Shown: positions 40,733-52,830 of the stretch, piece after piece
How the letters are laid out: each line of letters starts with the position of its first letter
Numbering within the stretch: position 1 is the first letter of the stretch
Assembly: GCF_006345805.1 (NCBI RefSeq)
Contig: NC_042999.1
Coordinates: 4,030,001 to 4,094,000, forward strand
DNA: 64,000 bases
Direction of reading: 5' to 3'
Source: Octopus sinensis
Taxonomy: Eukaryota
Notes under the pieces: generated by a model
Databases searched by the model: none
What the model was told of the DNA's origin: nothing
Seen by the model: the letters and a program-made list of their open reading frames with translations, nothing else
Program-made: the position numbers and the translations under genes

Positions 40733-42869
40733 CTATCTATTTCTCTATCCATCTAACTATCTATTTGTCTATTTATTTATCTATCAATCTGTCTGTCTAT
40801 CATTGTTTTAATGTTCAAATATAAATATTAGGTGCAAACATAGCTGTATGGTTTAGAACTTCTCTTCCCAGCTGCATAGTTTTGGGTCCAACTCTGTTGC
40901 ATGGCTGCTTGGGCAAGTGTCTTCTACTATAGCTTCAAGTTTACCAAAGTTTTGTGAGTGGGTTTAGTATTGTTGATTGAAACTGAAAAAAATCCTTTTG
41001 TATATAAATATGTGTGTGTATACATGTATGTGTGTATGTATGTAGATATATATAGGTTACTGTGAATGTATGTATCTGTATTTGAGTGTCATTGTCTTAA
41101 CATCTCGCAATGGTTGCAAATGAGCACGGTCACTACACAAAAAGCTGTGTCTTTCATTTCTAATCTGTGAAAACATGTCAGGCCATAAGAAAGTATTACC
41201 TTGCTTGGAAACAGGTGAAGGTTAATGACAGAAAGAGTACCTGGTCATAGAAAATCTGCCTCAGCAAATTTCATCTGACATATGCAAGAATAGAAAAGTA
41301 GATGTTAAAATAACAACAATGATGATGACAGTGATGATAATGGTGTTGCTGGTGGTGGTAGTAGTGGTGGTGGTGATGGTGGTGTTGCTGCTGCTGCTGC
41401 TGCTGCTGTCGGTGGTTTCTTGTTGTTGTTGTTGTTCTTGTGGTGGTGGTGGTGGTATTCTTGAATATTTATGTGTTACAGCTTCATTTTATTTCATGAA
41501 AGAAAAGTATAAAGAAAGAAGCCCTGAAAATGCCAATGTGAATAGAATGAAACTTCACTATTGAGCTTACATTTTCTATTTTAATTTAATTCTGTTCCTA
41601 CATTTATATGCACTCATACTTATCTAGGATATTGTCAAAATATTGTTACAAAGTAGTAAAATAGAAGCAAAAAACCCATTACGACCATTTCTGATATTCA
41701 TCAATACCATACCATTGAATTCCTTGAAATCCTTGCTGCATAAAGATGATTTATATTTGAAAAAGTAATAAAAGTGTACCGAAGGAAAAAGATTGTTTTG
41801 CACATAAATTAAATGATCAAATAAAATACCAAAATCCTTATTCACTGCTAAGTAATAAATCTAGTTGTAAATATCTATTGCATTGTACTAATACGCATAT
41901 GCATATGTGTATGTATATATGTATGTGTGCATGTGTATGTGCATGTGTGTGTGCATGTATGTATGTGTGTGTATGTGTGTATGTATGTATGTATGTATTA
42001 GTCAGTCTTGTTGTTGTGTATTAAAGTGTAAGGAAGTCTTTGAGATAACTGCAAGCTTTGGATTTTACCATAATTCATTTGATGATGGAATCTTTCCTTT
42101 TTGTGTTAAATGAGTGTGCTTATTTTGTAAGTTTGGACATCTACTCCAATACCTGAAGTAGAAGAATGGCGTATAAAATACTATTTAATGGTGTATATGT
42201 TTAATTTGGTGTTAAGCCTGATAAAGACAATGTGACTGAGATATAACTTGTGTTATGTGTGTGTCCTTGCAAATTGGGTCCAGCAGTATTTCTCTCAATG
42301 AAATATAAAAAACAAACACTTCTGACCTGCCATACCCTCCGACCTCTCACCTCTCTGTCAGGATCCCTCTCCATGCTAATTTATTGGTCCCTTCATGTCA
42401 TCTTTCTCTCACATCTTCTGTCCATTGCTGCCACCTATAATGTTGAACAGCTATCAGTTCCCCCATACACAATCCACTCTATCCTTTTTTCATCTCAAAT
42501 TATCCCTTTATTTTTCAACTCTGTCACTCTCCCCTGCTCCGTACCATACTCCTCTGGCCTCCCCTTTTACTTTTCTCTCATCCCTTTGCCTTGGATCATT
42601 GCCCTTTTTATCTTCTGTTCTTCCTAAATTACAGGGACTAATTACTTGGCAGCCTAACTAGCGCAAGTGCTGGGTCTGATCTCCCACTGGGCAGTATCAT
42701 GAGTAAGTGTCTTGGGTTGACAAATACTTTGTGAACAAATGCATAGCAAGAAAGTCTGTAGTGGGAGGTAGTTATCCTTGAGTGCAGGTGTAAGAGGGCA
42801 TGACATTTCCCTCGGTTTATCATGTCTGTTAATGAAGGTGACAAAAGTGCCCATTTTTGTGTGTTTGTG

Positions 42870-43206
<337 letters not shown>

Positions 43207-43234
43207 AGCCATATATAATTAAAAAGCACTTGTA

Positions 43235-43410
43235 CACTTTGCTAAGTGGTTAGCATTAGGAAGGGCATCCAGTTGTAGAAATCATGTCAAAGCAGACATA
43301 AAACCTGGCAGAATCCTTTGATTTGCCTGTTCTTGTCAATCCATCCAACCCATGCTTGCATCGAAAAAGTGACATTAAATGATGATGATGATGATGATGA
43401 TGATGATCAA
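43235..43410 (+). mobile_element. Family A copy, diverged
   Basis: aggaagggcatccagttgtagaa ... ccaacccatgcttgcat plus (GAT)n. Confidence 0.7.
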
Positions 43411-44393
43411 GCATCATCTGATGGTAGTTTTGCATTTGAAGATTATATTTTGAAATATTATCACAAATTTCATCAGAAATAACAGCCTGAAGAAAAAGAT
43501 ATCTCAAAATAACAAATTGAGACAACTGGCTTAAGTCTTCATTTTTTTTTAATAGTTAAGAAACAGACAAGGGAAGTTCTGAGGTCAAACTACAAGAAGA
43601 ATATTGCCTGAATCTTCTTTTTTTTCATTTGGAAAAAATTACCTGGAAAGTGATATTGTAGTCATGAAAATTGCAATCGTTAGGAAATGAAAGCATTTTG
43701 AAAGTAGCTGTATTCTTTCATGAATTATATATCACAGAAGAGAATTTATGTTTTTCTAATTTAATTCACATTTACCTTTCATTGTAAGAGAGATAAATAT
43801 GTAAATGATAAATTTTATTTTCATCAAGTTATTTATTTTACATCTACTTTTCCATTTGTTATGGGTTTGCATTTAGATGTTCTCATATTTGCCATTGTGG
43901 AAAGGAAATGAAAGATATTAACATAAATGTTTTAGATGAAATATGAAAGGTTTTCAAAAATTCCTAAGTAAAATTCAAAAGTAAAGATACGGAAGTCTGT
44001 CAGAGAGCATTTTGCTGTTGGGTACATCAGTACACTATTCTTAACCTTGCTATTAACAGAATGAATTTTATTAGTAAAATAGAAGGACAAAATGTTAACC
44101 ACTGCTGCCACCACACAAAATATCAATAAAAGCATGGTGAATTGGATAGTAAATAGATATTAAGTGGACATTAAAATGGCAAGTAAACAATAAATGAACA
44201 TAAGCCATGAAAACAGTGGCATTCTTTCGAAAACAACCTGTTCCTTTTGAATCAATAATTGAACTGTGTCCAAAGAGACCATTAGTAAGATGCACATATT
44301 TTTCTCTGGGTATTACTTAGTTATTACAAATAAAATTGCTACAATATAAATTATATTTACCCTTTAGTCACGGAAATAACATCAAAATCATAT

Positions 44394-44461
44394 ATGAAGG
44401 TTTTTATATATTTCTTCTACAATTGTAGTTTTGGCTTTGGCTTCAATTGTAGATTCTTAAA
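44394..44461 (+). CDS. Candidate first coding exon (signal-peptide-like) of the alpha-2/delta gene
   Basis: ATG at 44394, open hydrophobic frame MKVFIYFFYNCSFGFGFNCRFL, strong donor AA|gtaaga in phase 2, compatible with 46371 directly or via 44604-44629 and 46229-46247. Confidence 0.35.
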
Positions 44462-45074
44462 GTAAGAACTGTTTCCTATTACTCTGTAACATTTTCACTG
44501 ATATAAGTAATTTAGAAATTATCTTGAATATCTTCATCTTTCTTTGTAAATAATTTATAACAGTATATTCTATTTTAATCTCCTATTGTTATATCTATGA
44601 CAGAGAAATTAATGAGACTGCATTAATTAGTCAGATCAGCAATCCTGTCTATTTTTACCAAACCCTGTTGCATCAAAACCTTTCCTCTATTTTTGTGTAA
44701 CAGAGAAATTAGGCATTTAACTCTTTTGTTACCATGTTTCAGTTGAAATACAGAGCAGTTGTTTCTCAATTTTGAAGACAATGAAGAATTTAATAAAAAT
44801 ACTTTTGTCATGATATTAATCTGATGTTTGAAACATAAAGTGACACAAAATTTTGATGCAAAGTTTTTATTTAAGTCACTTAAAACAAGAAGGTTGTACC
44901 ATAGAACCAAGAGCAGTCTTGAACAGCTTTGTATTTTTATTTAGCAAATATTTAAGATAAAAAGAATTAGTTTTTATAACTGTTAATATCATTTCTTGAT
45001 AACCAGTTGCTTTACCATAATTCTAGCTTCAAAATTGCACATCAGATTCAGTAACACATGTATGTGCACTCACA

Positions 45075-45114
<40 letters not shown>

Positions 45115-45829
45115 TTTGCACATGCATACTTATTCACACATAAACACACATACACATTCACATATCAGATTAAGGAGTTGGAGTTTAAGAATTGCAGTTC
45201 TAAGTTTATCTATTCTTCTCACAAACATCCACTCTCTCTCTCCCCTCTCTCTCTCCCTCTCTCCTCTGTCTATTCATCATGTATATATATATATATATAT
45301 ATAACATACATACATATTTATTTGTGTGGTTAAGAAGTTCACTTCCCAAACACATGGTCTGGGTTTCAGTCCCACTGCATAGTACCTTGACCAAGTGTCT
45401 TCTACAATAGCTCTGGATTGAAAACTGAAAGAAGCCTGTCATATGTGTGTGTGTGTATATTAGTATTTTCTTGTCATCATATGATAATCATGAATGAGCA
45501 TCACTGTCATACAGGCAATGTCCTTTAGTTCCAATCTTCCATGTCTGGCCATGGGAAAATATTACCTTACTTGAAAATAAGTCAGAGTTGATAACAAGAA
45601 AGACATCCAGCTGTAGAAAATATACTTCAATTGGGTGTGTCTAGTACATGTGACCATGGTAAAGCAGATGCTAGAATAATTGTGATGACTATGATTCTAT
45701 ACATATCAGCTGTGGCATTGGATGAGAAGCATCTGGTTCCATTAGAATTAGAATTTCACTATTAAATGATGTGTAAAGCTTCATTACACTATATATTTTG
45801 TTTAGAAAGTTATTTTAGATGATATAATA

Positions 45830-46045
45830 GTGTGGTGAGCTGGCAGAATTGTTAACATGCCAGACAAAATGCTTAGTAGCATTTCGTCTGTCTTGACATT
45901 CTGGGTTGAAATTCTGCTGAAGCTGACTTTGCCTTTCATCCTTTGAGGGTCGATAAAATAAGCACCAGTTGAGGACTGGGGTCGATGTAATCGATTTACC
46001 CCTTCCCCCAAACTTACTGGCCTTACATTAAAATTTGAAACCAAT
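45830..46045 (+). mobile_element. tRNA-derived SINE with Nin-like domain (family D); minus copies at about 4476-4690, 26985-27215, 27225-27435, 35915-36060 and 53120-53260
   Basis: ggtgagctggcagaattgttaacatgcc head and gactttgcctttcatcctttgagggtcgataaa core, which I recall as Nin-domain-like. Confidence 0.7.
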
Positions 46046-46228
46046 ATTAGATAATATAATATATAAAACTATTGAATTCCAACAGTATGCAGACATGCCC
46101 AGTTATGATAATAGAATACAGAAGTGTTCTTATAAATCAAATTATATTTTGCTAATTAATGTTGCCAAAAAAAAAAAAAAAATTAATCAATGATTTCATT
46201 TTTTAAAACATTTCTTGTTTTGTTTTAG

Positions 46229-46247
46229 GCTTTTTAGACATATATAT
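46229..46247 (+). CDS. Candidate 19-nt exon upstream of the alpha-2/delta exon (xFLDIYI)
   Basis: Strong acceptor tttcttgttttgttttag, weak donor AT|gtgtga. Phase 1 to 2 joins 46371 in frame, giving FLDIYIVQHW, which resembles the residues preceding the conserved Trp in alpha-2/delta. Confidence 0.45.
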
Positions 46248-46370
46248 GTGTGATATTGTTAATTAAGTTTTATCTATTGCTGACATTGTATATTTGTTAA
46301 TTGCATTTAAATAATTTATGTTTACTATACACTAGTTCTTATCTTTTTTCTTTTTTACTATCTTTTACAG

Positions 46371-46452
46371 AGTACAACACTGGGCTAAGGATCTGGGTGA
46401 CAAATTGTACAGTTTTAGTAACAAAGTGACAATGTTGAATGATATAAGTAAG
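46371..46452 (+). CDS. CACNA2D: Exon of a voltage-gated calcium channel alpha-2/delta subunit gene (N-terminal region, equivalent to vertebrate exon 2)
   Basis: Strong acceptor (long polypyrimidine tract, ttttacag) and open phase-2 frame VQHWAKDLGDKLYSFSNKVTMLNDISK. This matches the alpha-2/delta N-terminal pattern V-x-x-W-A-x-x-x-G-D-x-L (recalled fly VGKWATQFGDELFALAQKIT, human IKSWVDKMQEDL). 82 nt to donor AAG|gttggt, the length and phase I recall for human CACNA2D1 exon 2; alternative donor A|gtaagg after 46447. Family-level call only. Confidence 0.8.
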
Positions 46453-46571
46453 GTTGGTGCTTATTTGTTTAGTAACTAAAAATTTGTATAATTCCATTTT
46501 TTTTTGTGTGTCTTTTTTTGTTGGGTGGGCACTGTTCATTTTCAGATTCAATAATCATTTATTCTTTTCAG

Positions 46572-46640
46572 TAGAAAGATTTTACAAACTTGGGGTAAAA
46601 GGAGAAAAAAATAACCAAACAATCAAAGAATATAAACTCA
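46572..46640 (+). CDS. Candidate alpha-2/delta exon-3-like segment (IERFYKLGVKGEKNNQTIKEYKL)
   Basis: Acceptor tttattcttttcag; in frame with the 46447 donor; resembles recalled KEKYKEYNARVELKNGT / IYEKYQDLYTVEPNN. Donor A|gtttgt is weak. Confidence 0.4.
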
Positions 46641-48001
46641 GTTTGTCTGCTATTTATCAACTGTATTTTCACTGAATGTGCTTAGCATTCCAGTACATTT
46701 ATTAAAGCTTCTTAACCCATTCATTTGCATATTTCTGTTGAAATACACTGTCTTTATTACAATTAATTTGTTAAATAATAAAAAATTTATTGAAATATAC
46801 TTGATATTATTAAGCTGGTGTTTTTAATATAAATTTAGCATGAAATTTTCACGGAAAATTTTAATTTAGGCAACTTTAACATGAGGAATCTGTATCAAAG
46901 ATCTAGGGTGAGTAGTAGGAGGGTTGATATCAAAATAGTCAATATTCTTCAGAAAGTTTTATCTTTATCACACAATATTCTTAGTGTAAATGACACACAT
47001 ATATAAAGAATAAACATTGCAGTAACTTATATTCACTATAATTCTTTTAATATCTATATTTCAAAGGAGAAAAAAAAACATTGTACATTTGTCCCATCTC
47101 ACTTTATTATTTCATTTTTTGTGTGTGTGTCTTCCTTGATAAAGCTAAATATGTAATGTGAATTGTATCAATAATTTCATACAAATGTATAACATCAGAG
47201 TGATGGTGTAATGCTTATCAATACTACATGCTATCACACCTTGTGAAAAGAATTCTACAGAATTTTTGGAAAGATGATGGATAATCATGTGAACTTCTGC
47301 CAAATCAGCTGCTAGCATATTGATGCCTAGGGAAGCAAATGCTCAAGGTATGATGACTGTGAAAGGTATTCATCTGGTAGCACATTTCTAGACAGCTTCC
47401 AGTGGACTGATATTCAGGACAAGACGGAAACTCCACATTGGAGATGCAAATATTTTTAAATATGCAGAATCAAATACTGCCCTTTAAAAAACAAAAAAAA
47501 ACTTAAATGTTTTTAAAATTTCAAAATGATTTCATAGGCAGAATTCAAAGCATCCAATATTTTGTGGTAACTGTAAGGATTTTGTTTTTTATTTCATAAG
47601 GAAATACATTAATAATGTATGAGTATAAGCTTGCAAGGATCCAAAAGTTAAGTTCTGCATCAGTTTTCTTTAAAACTTCTCGTCACTTCTATTGCAAGTA
47701 ACATTTTTGTCGGATGAGCAACTGACAGCCTCAACAGGCTTTCTTTTCTATCTATTCTGTTATGTTTTACGATTCATAAATGTTTTATTCTTTGCTTTCA
47801 GTGATGTGGATACATTCAATTTCATGGATATTTTGATACTTACATCTTGACAGTTTTCAATGAATGCCATTGTAAATCCTTTTTACATGAACACTATGCT
47901 GTATAAAAAGATATTACCTCATTCACATTTTCAACAGCTGTTGTTGATGTAAGAGCATGTGTCTCTATAAATGAATGATAGCATTTGTATGGAGTTTTAC
48001 A

Positions 48002-48036
<35 letters not shown>

Positions 48037-48488
48037 CAATAAATGCAAATTTGTTCGTACATATAACAGTAGTCTCAAAATTAATTGAAGCGTTTTCTAG
48101 TTGTTGTTGTTTAGCCTTAAGACAGTCCTAATTGAACCAATGCATGATCAAAGGCGGTTCAGCTATGCACATTCATTTTTATTCAGTGTTTCTAAAACTA
48201 CATTTTATGCCTCTTTTATGTTTTAACTTGGTAGGGTGAGTGATTTCAAGGAGATTTGGCAGTTATTTCTTGCAAGTTTAGTAATCATATAGAGACTCAC
48301 TCCGTCATTGGCTCATTTTTTTTATCCTCTACTATTGTTGCTTTTTTTATAAAGATGCATGGCTTGGTGGTTAGGGTGTTGGGCTTATAAGCATTAGGTC
48401 ATAGATTTAGTTCCTGAACAAGGCATTCATTTCCCATTATTCTTGTCTACTCAACTGAAAATGAATACAAACCAGCTCCTGGTGCAGT

Positions 48489-48540
<52 letters not shown>

Positions 48541-49399
48541 CCTATATATCTATTTATCTATCTATCTCCTTCTAATTCTCAATGTTCCAATGGGGGGAAG
48601 GTTCCAAGGGTGTTTGTGTCTACTCATGAGTACATGGTTAGTCCACATTACTCTATAAGGAGCATAGGGCCAGTTTCGTGGTTTCTCTGGTGTATATATT
48701 TCTCCCTAGATGGGACACCAGTCTGTCACAGGATTATTCATTCCAGAGTGGAGTGGAGCAATGTGAAATGAAGTGTTTTGCTTAAGAACTCAATACATTG
48801 CCCCAGTCCAGGAATCAAAACCACAATCTTACTATCTTGAGTCCAGGACCCTAACCTCTAAACTATGCACCTCTACTCATGAGAACATAGGCATCTAAAA
48901 CAATAAGTGAATGTATGATGTAGTGTGAAGCAAAAAAAAAAAAGATCTTCGAGATTTACCATTCTTGATAGACATTTCAACAGCCCACAGTGTGCACCAG
49001 TCCAAACTGTGATGGTATCTGACAAAAGACAATAAAACATTGATTACATGAAAACACCATTACCACTTGCTTAACTTCACTAGCACCACTCTAATGGTCA
49101 CATTAAATATGGGCGGTTTTCTGCTGTACCCTATACAAATGGCAAGATCATACTCTGTTGAGAATAATGGCTGAACTCTGTTGTAGTTTATGTTGTTGTA
49201 TAAATATTTTTAGGAACTGAGAGATTTTTCCCATTAATATTCATATAAATCACAGTTTAATTTATAATGATAATGAAACTTTTGATTGATGAATTTATTT
49301 GTTCACAAAACAAGCTACATAGTAATTACAAGCTATCACAGTCACTTTTTATCTTTGTAACAGTAAAAAATCGTCCAGGCTCTCTCTTTCTCTCTTGCT

Positions 49400-49430
<31 letters not shown>

Positions 49431-49599
49431 CTCTCACTCTCAAGATCCTATCCTAAACATTTTGACCAGTTTTTCGATTCAAGAACCCCTTCAGAATATC
49501 CTCCTAGTTTACAGTTTTCTACTAAACACTTTATAGTAATTATAACACATCAACACCTTCTAGTCCAGAAGCCAATAGGAAACCTGTGTATGGCTCTAT

Positions 49600-49891
49600 G
49601 TAGTTTTTCAACCTGCCAGAAACAGAAACAAAAGCTCCCTCAGTTCATACCTTATCTCAACTGGGGTCCGTATGGCCCTTGAGGGTACATATAAGATTTT
49701 GTCTTTAAAATTTATGCACAATATATTGGTTACACTTCTACAATACACAAAATATTTTAACAATTCTTTTATACAATTTATCAGGATATTTAATTCTAAA
49801 AATATAATAGGAGTTTTTAAACATTGAATCATTATGAGGGTCCATAGGAAGCGAAAGGGTTCATAGGTTAAAAAATGGTTGAGAACCACTG
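49600..49891. mobile_element. hAT/Charlie-like MITE
   Basis: Right end ggttgagaaccactg (reverse complement cagtggttctcaacc); left end degenerate. Confidence 0.5.
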
Positions 49892-51690
49892 TTCTAGTTA
49901 TAAAATCATCATCTGTCTTCTGTGCTTGCATGGATTGGACATTTGATGCAATTAAGCAGGTTGAAGGAATGCGTTGTCTTCCAGTATCTATTTTGGCATG
50001 GTTTCTATGGCTAGATCCCTTCCCTAAAACCAACCTCTTTTCTGAGTGCATGTCTGGTAAAAAAGACGAGATGGTCATGGATGGAACATCGCTCAGCATT
50101 AATCTTCAACTAAACAGAAATGATACATATAATCATTTAGATAATACCACACAGCTCTATAAGAATATAAATACCTATAAATAGTACAAAACAATGAAAA
50201 TATATTTGGTGGATAAAATTTTTGGTCATTTTTATATTGCCAAATTACTGTACTCCCCAAGTTTTCTTTCTTTTTTCCTCTTTTAAGGAATTCCTTTAAT
50301 ATTCAAGTTTGGTTCTTCAACAGTATTTATTACTGTTTCAGTTTTGTTTTTTTTCTAACTTGGAGCATCTTATGCTTGATCATGTAATTCCATTCTCTTT
50401 ATTTACCACATCTCTCTCTATTCCATTTCATATAATATATTATTCCTTCCTCACATAGTATGTGGCTGCACAATCCATTCAGTCTTTCTTCCATCAATCT
50501 AAACATTTAAATTGAGTTGTCAGTTTTCCTGTAGAGCCAAATCCATGAAGCAAATCTGCTATCATGCTCCATTATCCTTCATCTGCACAGAAGTTTTGAA
50601 GCATGCTCTCTTTACATTGCTTCCAATTTACTCTAGTAGCCTTTCAATTTAGTAGTGAGCCACCATGATTTTCATTTTCATTTAATGTTCATATTGGCTA
50701 TTTAGGTTATGAGATTTACTCCCAATGTAGTACCACAAGAAGAAAAATAAAAATAAAAAAGTAAGAATAAAGATTATACATTTAGCTTATTGCTTCTAGT
50801 AACCATGGTAACTAAATAGTGTTTGCTGAATATCTAAGTTAATGAGTAAGGAAAGACTTTCTGAATCAGTTCAACTCAACAGTCACAAAATATAAAGAGG
50901 GAGAGAAAGAATTTAACAAGAGAGCAAATAAAAACCATTCCTTAATTCCTGATAGACAGTTTCATGTCAATTGCAATATGTAATACGAAACCAAAGCCAT
51001 GTGAAAGAGATTTTACCATTTCATGGTCATAGGTCTTTAGTTTCTCTCACAGAGATTAAAACTTCAATAAACTTTCTGCACACATGATAAGGCAATGTGT
51101 GGATGATAAAAAGACATCTATGAAATGGAAAGAACATAAGAGAGGGAAAGAAAAGAAGAAGATAAAGGAGAGGAAAAAGTGAATGAAGGAAAATGAGAAT
51201 GTTTTTCATCTCTTGTACAAAAGTTTAGATGTAATATAGATACATGTTTAAAAGTTGTGCAATATAATTTACTTTCTAGTTCTAGTTAGTTATCACATAT
51301 AGTCAGATCAATATTTATTCTTTGGTTAGGTATACTGACACAAATAGAATAAGGTGGTTTTCTCCCATGGATACAGTCCAAGCTAGTCAGCAATTTCACA
51401 TGTTTAACATATGAGAAATCTATAAAATAATATTTCTCAGTGTGTAACAGTCTTTTCAGTAATGTTCGGTTCTTTTCTTCAATATTACTCCATTAAATGC
51501 TTCTTGGCTTCAGGATGTGTCTGAGAGAGAAAAAAATGTAAAAAACCAAAAAAGAAGACTTCCAATGAGTACCCTGTTTTTGCTTCAATATTTTAAAAAT
51601 AGTTTTTTTTTTAATCAACTAATATAAAAAAAAAAGAAAAACTATCCAGCAGTGACCAAACACAGCCCTATGCTTTAATCTTTTCTCTAG

Positions 51691-51793
51691 CCTAAAGGAA
51701 TCAATATAAACTCAAATATATATCGATAGAACTCCAGAAGAACCATGGTAGCATATGTTGAGAAGATTCTATCAAATAAAGAAAAATAATTGA
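51691..51793 (+). pseudogene. Decayed alpha-2/delta exon-3-like segment
   Basis: Acceptor ttaatcttttctctag. Frame 0 reads PKGININSNIYR*NSRRTMVAYVEKILSNKEK*L, and VEKILSNKEK*L matches recalled human IEKLLSNRSKAL. Another frame carries IDRTPEE. Ends at donor-like A|gtatgc. Two stops plus apparent frameshifts. Confidence 0.5.
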
Positions 51794-51914
51794 GTATGCT
51801 ACCTTACAATATTTTTGGAAAAAAGTAAGTGTAAGGGTTCAGAGCCTAAAAAGCTTCATTTCTTTTCAATAAACTGATTCTAAGTGGTGGGGTGGGGGCG
51901 GATCTAAACCAATC

Positions 51915-52262
51915 TTTTACTTGTTTCAGTCATTAGACTGTAGCCATGCTGGAGCACACCTTCAAGATTTTTTTAGTCAAATGAATCAACTCCAGTACTT
52001 TTTTTTAAAGTCTGGTACTTATTCTATCGGTCACTTTTACAGGGGGGTACACAAACCAAAACTGGTTCTCAAGCAGTGGTGGGAAACAAACAGACACACA
52101 CACACATGACAGATTTCTTTCAGTCTCCATCAACCAAATCCATTCATAAGGCTTTGATGAGCACAACAAGGCTATAGTAGAACACATTTGTATAAGGTAC
52201 ATTGCAGTGGGACTGAACCTGCAACCATGTGGTTAGGAAGCAAACTTCTTACCACACAGCCA
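51915..52262 (-). mobile_element. Family B SINE, diverged
   Basis: Same head and tail motifs. Confidence 0.75.
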
Positions 52263-52429
52263 GCTTTTTTTCTTTACTTGTTGAGTATGGAGGAAGGGAC
52301 ACTGGTTATACTGTTGCTGAATTTGATGAGCTTAATGTCATTAATGTTTTCTTTAAACTGTGGCAGATCAACACCTGGCAGAGAAGGAATATCAGAAGAC
52401 TGATATTCTGAGGAGAAAGGACTAAGTAT

Positions 52430-52830
52430 AATGGTTAGTGATGGTGGGAGTAGGGTTCAAGGGGTTTGGTTGCATTATGGAAAGACAAGTGGGTTGGGGG
52501 ATGCCTGGGTGGTGGAGTATGAGACTATACAGCTCAAATAAAGAGGGGCCATTTTGGTAGCTATATGAAAGGCAGAGAGAAGAGACAGCATGCTTGTAGG
52601 CTTGATGCTGGGGTATGTCTGTAAGTGATCGAATACCAATTAGTTAAGTGGTCCTTTTCTTGATGTGGTCCAGAATGAATATGTCTAGTGACAACACCAG
52701 TGTGAAAGCATTACTTCATTGTAGGCCTCACTCTAGCTTCGTAGAGAATTAGGTGTTGGGGCCACATCCAAGTCGATAGAATGGGGTCCTAGCAATGCTA
52801 AGGATGTGCTTTCTCACGGAGAATACACTT
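52430..52830 (-). mobile_element. CR1-group LINE ORF2 C-terminal fragment
   Basis: Minus-strand remnants such as LDHIKKRTT*LIGIRSLTD and AVSSL resemble CR1-group C-termini; heavily mutated. Confidence 0.5.

Noticed and set aside
44750-44830. Exon-like EQLFLNFEDNEEFNK
   Set aside because: Lies inside the piggyBac-like MITE seen several times in the window.
47830-47890. Minus-strand segment with good acceptor and gtaagt donor
   Set aside because: Stops in all frames.
49140-49175. SYSVENNG resembling TVEPNNA
   Set aside because: Immediately followed by a stop, with no splice context.
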